Assembly: GCA_964610875.1 (NCBI GenBank)
Contig: CAZSWP010000008.1
Location: 34,724 to 98,723 of the forward strand
DNA from: an uncultured archaeon
GTDB taxonomy: Archaea; Asgardarchaeota; Thorarchaeia; Thorarchaeales; Thorarchaeaceae
Length of the DNA stretch: 64,000 nucleotides
Direction of reading: 5' to 3'
The position numbers and the translations under genes are program-made. Below, one piece after another: positions 41,801 through 49,808 of this stretch; position 1 is the first letter of the stretch; the number at the start of each line of letters is the position of its first letter. Below the pieces are notes generated by a model that did not search any database, was not told the DNA's origin, and was given only the letters and a program-made list of their open reading frames with translations.

Positions 41801-41913
41801 ATACAGTAACACCTCCTCCCTTTGATACAAATTTGATTATTATTATCGTCGGGGCTGTAATAGCAGTTATTGTAATAATCGTGGTAATCATGATGAGGAA
41901 AAAAGGCTCTTAG
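38896..41913 (+). CDS. Cell-surface protein with three GldG/IFT52 (GIFT)-like domains, Ig-like domains, Thr-rich stalk and C-terminal TM
   Basis: Repeated VVFDESH...FV(H/D)(D/N)GG.L...G.GR(I/V)V, DxxxDG Ca-loop-like motif, PNGGE Ig-like domain, TTTDTTTT linker, hydrophobic tail + RKK. Exact start uncertain. Confidence 0.75.
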   Translation: MRCQVVVPVSKHLDLEDKSGDLFEKYLVLGFLGLLLFTAVPTLAEFSLSERQNVGTPIDLESTISQEAFDDPNHILPVSILVYTEFIDQIAGSYNEFNNTMIAIDENYGKDYFYENLTDYTQLDSSLPGHDILLIPEQEKASIENTTDIGQAWASTLTEYVNDGGIVILMDYGGVLGRGAGSHIYNESGLMQIDSISVITLTSVSLVNSSDALARGVDSSFTAPNGALAFDTPDVTKVVDNGTLPMVVHKTMGRGHVVLLGFDLCIVEGNCSRILANSIRLHRHVVFDESHSPVYSIQGEYSNFIDDLVADGFALSVMGQFSSEYIAGCDVLVLTACGVTYSTQEVAMIEQFVHDGGGLFLVTDLVMHGDALDPVTENFGYMRNKTHYLNDTDDQVTSGTDFQFTLQSDNILNHSATLMVNYIELYGSAGFIQIPDDATSLLFTDTDGTTTFDTSYTEGYQTPANGTPVAASSLSGDGRIVVLGDVNLLAGQNDANSDGTADYYEGQNRIFLQNTMRWLGASGTPERVVVFDESHGAQFTLGISFQGLARHLTSNGYTVKKMTTFYTSLVDTADVLFIVDGTTNHTADEQNYIESFVDNGGSLLLLGARTTARNTVDFIGAKFGMDLNDTGELFDSDDSILSGNYIYYNQSNFAVHPIMDGVRRTEDVYTTAFNDIGSGTSLITTDSDGTCTWSGGGAADGLTTLVALEHGHGRVVFSSGYVFLSSSQNGDADDQVNFYDSDNDLLTTNIFKWLSDDRGADLEVLTPNGGEVVTGDDIVITWDAVDPNDDPITFNLFYSANGGTGWTPLVSGLTVDHYTWDITGVSDSIEYLIRIEAVSTIFTVTDESDAQFTIDRNPPQWDPAPTDVTINEGERISIQINASDISGIDSWWVNDTTHFSINESGYLEDNAALTVGVYGLEISVNDTLGHIQTIALSITVLEVTTTDTTTTGTDTTTTDADTDTNTDTDTVTPPPFDTNLIIIIVGAVIAVIVIIVVIMMRKKGS

Positions 41914-41926
41914 TGCAGTATATTGG

Positions 41927-41968
41927 TGCTTTCGGCAACATATTCGAGAGCATCATTCTTTCTTTTTA
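41927..41968 (+). terminator. Hairpin + T-tract
   Basis: TGCTTTCG...CGAGAGCA followed by TTCTTTCTTTTT. Confidence 0.45.
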
Positions 41969-42054
41969 CATCGTGCCTTTTCCTTCAGGTCGAAACGAAA
42001 CACCTCATCCAATCTTGGTTTCTTCTTTATATACAATTCACGTTCTTCTGTAGT

Positions 42055-43110
42055 CTATAATCGCTTTAGTTCATAGCCAGTCGATATATTTTCAGGTTCA
42101 TCTTTTTTCAAAGCAACAAGTCGCTGTTCAGTAATTTCGATGGATGTGCTTGAGATATCGCAACCAATCCAACCTCTGTTCATTCTAGCTGCACTTACTA
42201 CTGTTGTTCCTGAACCCAGGAAGAAATCCGCAATCAAGTCGCCTTCGTTGGTACTCGCTTCTATAATTCTGGAGAGTAGTTTCTCAGGTTTTTGAGTAAT
42301 GAAGCCAGAATACTCCTTCGATGATCCTTGAACCGGCGGTATATCCAACCAGAGGTCACTGACCGGAATACCTGGAACCTCCTTTAAATATTGTTTTTTA
42401 GAATATCTGCCATTCCTTGATTTGTAGATTCTTCCTTGTTCCCACCATTTATCCAAGGTTTCTTTTCTATATAGATACGGGGCTGTTCTGCCTCTCCATT
42501 CATACTGCTTTCTTCCTTCAGTACGTTGAATACCTTGAGCCTCGATCTCAATTAGTCTGAACCTGCCTTTTTCATCTTCATAGATATACGGTTTTAGAGC
42601 CCTCTTATCATGAGGTCTATATACAGTCTTCATTTCAAACTTCTTGGGGCTCTTAGAATAAACAAGTATCACATCATGTTGGCTACCCAATGTTCGGGAC
42701 TGTTTCTTTGGACTGTTCGTACGTTTCCAGATTATCTCGTTGATAAATGCATCATAACCAAGGATTTCATCAAGCATGACTTTCACATAATGTGAAACAT
42801 GCCAATCAAGGTGCACCCAAAGACTACCGTTCTCACCAAGAATATCAATAATTGCTTCTAATCGTTCTCTCATGAATGTGAGATATTCATTCAGACCTCC
42901 TTCCCATTGGTCTTTGTAGGCGTATTTTTCACTCATCTCAGGGGCGGAAGCGGCTGAACCAATTCCCTTTGATTTCACTGTGTAATTCGTCCCACTAAAG
43001 AATGGTGGGTCGATGTAGATCATTTGAATATCCCCTATTCCTCTCTCTCTCAAATAGTCAACCGCGTCAAGACAGTCCGCCTGCATGAGCAGATTTGATT
43101 CCAAAACCAT
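42055..43110 (-). CDS. Beta-class N6-adenine/N4-cytosine DNA methyltransferase (Mod-like), orphan
   Basis: IYIDPPF, NEIIW, TQKPEKLLSRII, DFFLGSGTT. Confidence 0.92.
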   Translation of the reverse strand: MVLESNLLMQADCLDAVDYLRERGIGDIQMIYIDPPFFSGTNYTVKSKGIGSAASAPEMSEKYAYKDQWEGGLNEYLTFMRERLEAIIDILGENGSLWVHLDWHVSHYVKVMLDEILGYDAFINEIIWKRTNSPKKQSRTLGSQHDVILVYSKSPKKFEMKTVYRPHDKRALKPYIYEDEKGRFRLIEIEAQGIQRTEGRKQYEWRGRTAPYLYRKETLDKWWEQGRIYKSRNGRYSKKQYLKEVPGIPVSDLWLDIPPVQGSSKEYSGFITQKPEKLLSRIIEASTNEGDLIADFFLGSGTTVVSAARMNRGWIGCDISSTSIEITEQRLVALKKDEPENISTGYELKRL

Positions 43111-43215
43111 ATTCTCTGAATATACAATCTGCCTTATGATATCTTTCTCCTATACGTATTGTCATTATGTTCATTTGATAAAATGATTGCCACTTGATAA
43201 CAGTATGAATATTAG

Positions 43216-45969
43216 ATGCAGTTTGTAGGTCTTAAGATGCATATGGAGATGAAAAGGATGAGAAGAAATGCCTTTCCAGTTCTGGTTCTCTTTGTGTTAA
43301 TCCTTCTTTTACCTGCTGTTGTCATAGGGTTTGTATTCTTTACCAATCCTGCTTCTAGTCCGAATCAGGTATCTGCTGCGGTTGAAGTATCTGTAATCGG
43401 ATATGAAAAATCACCAGCATATATGCAAGCTATAGAACTGGATGGTGCTTCTATCAATGTAGAAAAAATTGGTTCTATATCTAATGCTGTCGTTTCGGAT
43501 ACTGATATCATTGTTCTTATTGACACCGTATTGGATTCGGATGAGGTAACCCGCTTGACATCATTTATCAATAATGGTGGAGCTCTATTCCTTCTCCTAG
43601 GTCCTGATATACAACAAAATACCTCTCTATTGACTGAACTCCATATTACTACATCTTCTATCACTTCTATCAGTGGAAATAATTCTAATGTTGTTACTCG
43701 GATTATGGAGTCTTCTCATCCACTACTGAATTTTGACTGGTCATCAGCTCCCCCAGCTGAGAAACTCACCATCCTTCCTGAGCTGACTAGTGCGTCAACA
43801 ACTCTGTTGGCCAATGATACTGGATTTGGTACAGGAGGTGCACCGCTTCTCGTGGAAACACTGTTTGGTGATGGTAAGATACTCACCTACACGCCTTGGT
43901 TGATTGTTGATGATTCACGAGAGACCCCTCAACTGAACTATGAGATAGTGTTATGGCCATATTTCAACTACTTCACATATTCTTCCTCTCTTTATTTAGG
44001 GGAAGTAACACCTCTCAGCTATGCATCATGGGCTTATTCACCTGTCCCGCATTTTGAACAACAAGTGATTATTGGTCTACTTGTATTTTCTATTGGTATC
44101 GTGACTGCGGGTAGTTATCGCTGGATGAAGAAGAAGACCATTGAAGATCGTGAAATCCTTACAGAGATTGAGAAGGCTGAATTACTAGTCGAAGTTGAAG
44201 AGGAGATTGATGAATGGGAAGAAATTGGTGTTCATAGACAATTGGGTGGATTTCTGATTCAACTCTTCATTACGCTACTACTAGTCATCCCAAGAGTCGT
44301 ACTTAGTATCATGATATATCCACGCTTCATCATGCCATTTCCTCAGGCTGTTGGCTGGTTCTCTTTCAGTGTCAATCTTTTCCTGGGTCTCTGGACCGTC
44401 TTTGATCTTGGAACAAGTGTGGCTCTTGCAAAATACTTTGCAGAATATCGAGTTTCTCAACCTGAAGAGGCTGTTAAATATGCTCAGATATTCATCTGGT
44501 TCCAGTGTATTACTGGAGTAGTACAAATCTCATTTGTTGCGTTCATTGGCTCTATCGTCTTTCCACAGACATATCTTGCTCATCTATCATACGTATTTAT
44601 TGCACATTCTCTCTTTCAGTTCCCTGGTTTCACCTTACTCTTTCTTCATGTCTTTCGAGGTATGAATCGGATTGACTATCATCAGTTGACATATGTTCTG
44701 AAATACATTGTATTTGATACTGTTGGACCATATATTCTAATTCTCGTCTTCAGATGGTGGGGTAGTCAGAATCCGATTTTTGGTGAAGCACTTGGGGGAG
44801 CGATAGGACAAGCAATAGGTTCGTATCTTTCGGAATGGTTTACCTTCTTCTTTGCACTCTATCTTTTCAGAAAGCTTGGATTTAACACTAGTACTCTCTT
44901 CCGCATTGACTTTGATATGGGGCCGATAAAGAAGGCTTTGAAATTTGGAGCAAAATGGACTGTTGGAGCTGCAGCGGTTCCTCTTGTATGGTTCTATCAG
45001 ATGTTACTGATTAGTACGAATCTTCTGAATTGGTCAGCTTTACAAGGACAATATCAACTGGCATGGGATCTAGCCATACTTGTCAGCGTTGTTGGTCTGT
45101 TCATGGAAGGTATGCTAGGAGGCGTTTCTGAAGCATATTCACACGGAAAGAAAGTACTGACCAAATTATATACTGCTCAAGGTCTAAAATACGGAGCCTT
45201 TTTCGTGTTTTGGATAATATCTGTGCTTCTGGCTGTAGGAGCTCGAGCAATATTAGGAGCTGCGGGAGAGAGTTGGGCATATGCTGCATATCTTCTCCAA
45301 TTCTTCATTATCTTCCAACTATTTGGGTTCTGGAGCTGGTTGGGTGATTGGATGTTTGCTGGTGCTGAACGAACAGGCTTGGCAGCATCAGTGTGGATTT
45401 TGGAGCAAGTGATTCGAGCAATAGCTATGACATTCTTTGTGGTTACTGAACCTGTTGTGTTTGGTATCTATCTTGGTGGCATGCCTGGTATAATAATTGG
45501 TTATGTGGTTGGATTAATAATAAAGGACATTGTTGCTTGGGTTCTGATCCGTAGAGAGATTACTGCACCCAAACTGTACGTATGGCAGAGTTATATCGGT
45601 CCTGCAATTGCAGCAATTGGTAACTATATTGTGCTTGAGTTCATCGCTGGTTTGCTATGGGGTGGAGTTAATGACATTGTGAGTTCGGCTCTCATCTTCT
45701 TCATTGGTATTTTACCCTCGCTCTACCTGTTCTCCTTTTTGAGTGGTCTAACTGGAACGTGGGATGATAGGACCTTGAAGGAATTCAAACGAGCATCTGA
45801 TATGGTAAAGATATCTTTTGTAGGTTGGCTTGCTAGAAGATTTTACGGAGCTGTAGCACTTGGTGCCAGAATCTCTCCGTTACACAATCGCTTCCCGATA
45901 GACATCTATGATGAGGCCATGCAAGAAGCAGAAGAATTGACTATGGAAAAGAAGAAATTAGTAATATGA
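43216..45969 (+). CDS. Membrane protein: extracellular GATase/GIFT-like domain fused to MOP/MATE-type flippase domain
   Basis: N-terminal anchor, DIIVLID..FINNGGALFLLLGP, then many TM helices with VFDLGTSVALAKY, KKALKFG and SEAYSHG flippase-like motifs. Likely start 43246-43258. Confidence 0.75.
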   Translation: MQFVGLKMHMEMKRMRRNAFPVLVLFVLILLLPAVVIGFVFFTNPASSPNQVSAAVEVSVIGYEKSPAYMQAIELDGASINVEKIGSISNAVVSDTDIIVLIDTVLDSDEVTRLTSFINNGGALFLLLGPDIQQNTSLLTELHITTSSITSISGNNSNVVTRIMESSHPLLNFDWSSAPPAEKLTILPELTSASTTLLANDTGFGTGGAPLLVETLFGDGKILTYTPWLIVDDSRETPQLNYEIVLWPYFNYFTYSSSLYLGEVTPLSYASWAYSPVPHFEQQVIIGLLVFSIGIVTAGSYRWMKKKTIEDREILTEIEKAELLVEVEEEIDEWEEIGVHRQLGGFLIQLFITLLLVIPRVVLSIMIYPRFIMPFPQAVGWFSFSVNLFLGLWTVFDLGTSVALAKYFAEYRVSQPEEAVKYAQIFIWFQCITGVVQISFVAFIGSIVFPQTYLAHLSYVFIAHSLFQFPGFTLLFLHVFRGMNRIDYHQLTYVLKYIVFDTVGPYILILVFRWWGSQNPIFGEALGGAIGQAIGSYLSEWFTFFFALYLFRKLGFNTSTLFRIDFDMGPIKKALKFGAKWTVGAAAVPLVWFYQMLLISTNLLNWSALQGQYQLAWDLAILVSVVGLFMEGMLGGVSEAYSHGKKVLTKLYTAQGLKYGAFFVFWIISVLLAVGARAILGAAGESWAYAAYLLQFFIIFQLFGFWSWLGDWMFAGAERTGLAASVWILEQVIRAIAMTFFVVTEPVVFGIYLGGMPGIIIGYVVGLIIKDIVAWVLIRREITAPKLYVWQSYIGPAIAAIGNYIVLEFIAGLLWGGVNDIVSSALIFFIGILPSLYLFSFLSGLTGTWDDRTLKEFKRASDMVKISFVGWLARRFYGAVALGARISPLHNRFPIDIYDEAMQEAEELTMEKKKLVI

Positions 45970-45971
45970 AT

Positions 45972-46001
45972 GAATGATAGAGTTTGTAAACTCTCTCATT
46001 C
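45972..46001. terminator. Inverted repeat between convergent genes
   Basis: GAATGA-T-AGAGTTT-GT-AAACTCT-C-TCATTC. Confidence 0.55.
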
Positions 46002-46032
46002 TTCACTTTCATAGTTCAGTAATGGAATTTGT

Positions 46033-46281
46033 CTAAAGTTCCATATCGTCTATGACTTCTTCTCCAGCTTGCTGTGCTTCAGCTTCTGCATCAGCAATTA
46101 CCTGTCTGACTAGCCTAACAAGGTAACCTGCAATTCGGTTTCTTACCTTCTTGGTCTTGACACTTGTGTACTGTTCGACGAGTCTCTTGTTTGTTTCAAA
46201 GTCAGTAGTAAACTCGTCTGGATAGAACTGGAGAAGCTTACGAGCTGCGATTTTGATGTAACTTGGTCTGATGCTTCCCAA
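46033..46281 (-). CDS. rps17e: 30S ribosomal protein S17e
   Basis: MGSIRPSYIK..FTTDFETNK..KVRNRIAGY. Confidence 0.96.
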   Translation of the reverse strand: MGSIRPSYIKIAARKLLQFYPDEFTTDFETNKRLVEQYTSVKTKKVRNRIAGYLVRLVRQVIADAEAEAQQAGEEVIDDMEL

Positions 46282-46350
46282 TATAATATCACCTTATTGT
46301 GGTCAATCCGACTCGCCTCCGACTGTGTTTATAAAGCATGTGGTGGCTCC

Positions 46351-48135
46351 ATGAATCCTAAGGACAGTGTTCAACCATTGAAGTACGAAACTCTGGCTGA
46401 CACATATGATGAGATTGAGTCGACATCAGCTTCTCTTGAGAAGATACGAATATTCTCCGAGTTGCTTGAGAGTGCTCAACCTGATGACATTCCAATAATC
46501 ATCGCCCTATCAATTGGGAAACTCTATCCAGACTGGAGGGGACAACCTGAGATTGGTATTGCGGAAAGAATGGCTGTTCAAGTCGTAGCGACAGCTGCTT
46601 CAGTGTCGGAAAATGAGGTGTTGGACCAACTCAGAAGGACAGGAGATATTGGACTAACAGCAGAAGCAATGCTACAAAAAAGCACACAGATGTCCCTCTT
46701 ACAAGAAGAAGCAAGTATCGCAACTGTCTATGAAGTTCTAGATGCGATGTCAAAGGGATCAGGACAAGGTAGCACAAGGGAGAAGATATCCAAGCTTGTT
46801 GGTTTGATATCTGATGTGAGTCCTAAAGAAGCCAAGTATTTACTCAGAACGGTGACTGGCACATTCAGACTTGGTCTGGGAACTATGAGTATTTTGGATG
46901 CACTCTCACTTGCCTTTACAAATTCGCGTGACAATCGCCAGATTGTTGAAGATGCGTTCAATGTTTGTAGTGATCTCTCAAGGATTGCATCTGAACTAGC
47001 TCATGGTGGACTCGAAGCAATAAAGAAAATCCATGCTGAAGTTGGTGTTCCAATCAGGATGATGGCAGCCAAGAAACTCTCCTCTGCTGAAGAAATTCTT
47101 GAGAAGGTTGGAGGGAAAGCACTAGTCGAATACAAATATGATGGTGAGAGAATTCAGGTTCATAAAAAGGGGGACGAAGTGATTCTCTTCTCCCGGCGTC
47201 AAGAAATAATTACTAGCCAATATCCCGATGTTGTAGAGTACGTGCAGAAATATGTGAAGTCAGATTCAGTTGTAATGGAATGTGAATGCATAGCCATTGA
47301 TCCTGAAACTGGGCGAGTGCGTCCTTTCCAAGAACTCATGCGACGAAGGAGGAAAACAGGTATTGAAGAAATGCGTGAAGAAGTACCTGTTTCTCTCAGA
47401 TTCTTTGATCTATTGTTTCTAGATGGAGAAGATGTAACGAGCAAACCAATCACTGAAAGAAGGAAACTATTGGCAGGCCTTATCCAATCAAATGACCACG
47501 TTGATATATCAAAAGGAGAAGTGGTTGAAAATACTGAACATCTTGATCGGATTTTCTCCGAGGCTCTGGAAGCCAGTCATGAAGGCATCATTGCAAAAGC
47601 AATCCATAAAGACTCAATCTATCAGGCCGGAGCTAGAAGTTGGCTATGGATCAAATTGAAGGCTTCTTACAAGGAGGGAATGACCGATTCTGTTGATTTA
47701 GTGATTGTTGGTGCCCTGTTTGGGAGAGGAAAACGAACTGGTGTTTATGGCACCATCTTAGTATCGGCATATGATGTCAACTCAGATTCATTTCCAACAG
47801 TCTGTAAGATTGGGACTGGTTTTACTGATGATATGCTTACAGAATTACAAGAACGCCTTGAAGAATACATAATTGATAAGAGACATCCAAAGGTCATTTC
47901 TGACATCGCAGCAGATGCATGGTTCACCCCTGCTTTGGTGATTGAAGTTCTAGGTGACGAAATTACGGTAAGTCCTACTCATCCTGCTGCCCGGGGCCGG
48001 ATAGAAGAGGGTGGGCTCGCAATTAGATTTCCACGATTTACTGGAAGATGGCGAGATGACAAATCCCCTGATCAAGCAACTTCCGTTGCTGAACTGATTG
48101 ACTTATTTGAGAAACAGAAGATACGAGGTGGATAA
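46351..48135 (+). CDS. lig: ATP-dependent DNA ligase
   Basis: EYKYDGERIQVH, EGIIAK, WIKLK, KIGTGF, IRFPRF..RDDK. Start uncertain (46351 or TTG 46378). Confidence 0.96.
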   Translation: MNPKDSVQPLKYETLADTYDEIESTSASLEKIRIFSELLESAQPDDIPIIIALSIGKLYPDWRGQPEIGIAERMAVQVVATAASVSENEVLDQLRRTGDIGLTAEAMLQKSTQMSLLQEEASIATVYEVLDAMSKGSGQGSTREKISKLVGLISDVSPKEAKYLLRTVTGTFRLGLGTMSILDALSLAFTNSRDNRQIVEDAFNVCSDLSRIASELAHGGLEAIKKIHAEVGVPIRMMAAKKLSSAEEILEKVGGKALVEYKYDGERIQVHKKGDEVILFSRRQEIITSQYPDVVEYVQKYVKSDSVVMECECIAIDPETGRVRPFQELMRRRRKTGIEEMREEVPVSLRFFDLLFLDGEDVTSKPITERRKLLAGLIQSNDHVDISKGEVVENTEHLDRIFSEALEASHEGIIAKAIHKDSIYQAGARSWLWIKLKASYKEGMTDSVDLVIVGALFGRGKRTGVYGTILVSAYDVNSDSFPTVCKIGTGFTDDMLTELQERLEEYIIDKRHPKVISDIAADAWFTPALVIEVLGDEITVSPTHPAARGRIEEGGLAIRFPRFTGRWRDDKSPDQATSVAELIDLFEKQKIRGG

Positions 48136-48137
48136 CC

Positions 48138-48593
48138 ATGCACCAAATTGTAGTAAAAGGTCCAAGAATGAGTTTTAGTTCTGCACACTTTGTAATCGGT
48201 GGAGGAAAATGCGAAGCACTGCATGGACATAACTATCTAGTCGAGATCAGAATTGCAGGACCATTGAATGATGATGGGATGGTTCTTGATTTTCGCGATG
48301 TCAAGTCAGATGTCAAAAAGGTGTGTGACGAGCTGGACCACCAAATATTGTTGCCCGATAAGTCTGATGATATCTGTATCATCCAGAAAGTAGCTTCAAT
48401 TGAAGTTGATGTAAATGGAAAATTCTATTCTTTTCCTAAAGAGGATTGCAATATACTCCCAATCAAAGCAACGACTGCTGAATTATTGGCTGAATTTATT
48501 TCAGGAAAGATTGACTTACCTAAAGAATATTCACTAGAAGTTTGTGTGTGCGAATCCGAAGGGAGTATCGGTTGTTTTACAAGAGCTGAATAA
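48138..48593 (+). CDS. queD: 6-carboxytetrahydropterin synthase / PTPS family
   Basis: FSSAHF, CEALHGHNY, GMVLDF, LDH, TTAELLA. Confidence 0.88.
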   Translation: MHQIVVKGPRMSFSSAHFVIGGGKCEALHGHNYLVEIRIAGPLNDDGMVLDFRDVKSDVKKVCDELDHQILLPDKSDDICIIQKVASIEVDVNGKFYSFPKEDCNILPIKATTAELLAEFISGKIDLPKEYSLEVCVCESEGSIGCFTRAE

Positions 48594-48667
48594 TTGACAC
48601 CTCTAACACAAACCTAAAAGGGCGGTAACAGACCGGACGGATAGGCCCTTATCGAGGCGACTTGCTT

Positions 48668-49486
48668 ATGGTAATTGATACACAGGATGAGAAGCCTAAA
48701 CACAGAATCGAACTCAAACGAGTTGGTGTAAAGAATCTGAAGACATTCCTGATTACCGAGCGAAGTGGTCTTCGTCATCACATCATCCCTCAAGTAGAAA
48801 TGACGATCGACCTTCCAGCTGAGATGAAGGGTATTCACATGTCACGTCTAGTTGAATCAATGACTGAAGTAATCAGTGATGAGTTCAGTGTGCACAAATC
48901 TATTGAAGAGATTCAGATCCACATCTTGGAATCCTTGAGAGAACGCCATGCATTCAATCGTGGAGAAATAAAATTCGATTTTGAATTTGGATATACAAGT
49001 CGCACTCCTGTGTCAAAGAAACGTACTTGGGAGATATGCGACGTGACTGCTATAACTGTGATTGAAAACGAGAAAGAAGTCATGCATGATGTTTCAGTGA
49101 AAGTCATTGGAAATACTGTATGTCCTCATTGCATGGCCAATAATGGTGGTCTGACTCACATGCAACGTGCTTCAGGCACACTCAGAATTATTGGCGAGAC
49201 CAATCAGATTCCTACTTACGGTTCTATGATCGATGTCATTGAGAAATCCTTCTCTAGCAAGACCTATTCTCTTCTGAAACTTGAGGATGAACTATATGTT
49301 ACAAAACAGATGCATGACAACCCTCTCTTTGTCGAAGATGTCTGTAGGAATATTCTGCAGAATGCTAAAGACGCCTTTGCAGAGAAGAATCTAGAGATGT
49401 TCGCAGAAGCACTGTCTCTTGAGAGTATTCACAAACATGATGTCATTGCAGAGGGTAGAATTGTGACAAATGGAGATAACCATTAA
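48668..49486 (+). CDS. folE2: GTP cyclohydrolase FolE2/MptA family
   Basis: DTQD, RVGV, KGIHMSR, TVCP, THMQR, LLKLEDE, NPLFVED, ESIHKHD. Confidence 0.9.
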   Translation: MVIDTQDEKPKHRIELKRVGVKNLKTFLITERSGLRHHIIPQVEMTIDLPAEMKGIHMSRLVESMTEVISDEFSVHKSIEEIQIHILESLRERHAFNRGEIKFDFEFGYTSRTPVSKKRTWEICDVTAITVIENEKEVMHDVSVKVIGNTVCPHCMANNGGLTHMQRASGTLRIIGETNQIPTYGSMIDVIEKSFSSKTYSLLKLEDELYVTKQMHDNPLFVEDVCRNILQNAKDAFAEKNLEMFAEALSLESIHKHDVIAEGRIVTNGDNH

Positions 49487-49808
49487 ATTAGATTCGCTAA
49501 ACAATCCTTCGATTTTATGACAATGTGGTCCAATTTTCATTAACGTGCATATCTAGAATCTAATTATATATATTGAAAATAGAGAGATTACCATCACGCC
49601 TTATGGTCCCCCATAATTGACGCCGCTGTCAAAATACCATGAGAGGTGTATCAGCATCTACCCCGCTGAGGATAGCTTCAGACTAGAAATTATATCGATA
49701 AGTTATTGAGGTTCAGACGTATAGGTGTAGGTCTGGAGTTATGGCATGCTAGGCTGAGAGTTCTTCTTGGCTTACATCTCCATTCCCCTGGAGAGGAAAA
49801 CACGCTTG

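Noticed and set aside
41725-41810. ACTGATAC-type repeats (similar ones near 61550-61615)
   Set aside because: Coding low-complexity Thr/Asp linkers of surface proteins.
42055-49486. Dpd-type 7-deazaguanine DNA modification island (MTase, ligase, queD, folE2)
   Set aside because: No dpdA/TGT, queC or queE in the window, and the genes are interleaved with housekeeping S17e.
49601-49680. tRNA-like cloverleaf
   Set aside because: No acceptor stem or TTCRA T-loop; kept only as a generic structured-RNA candidate.
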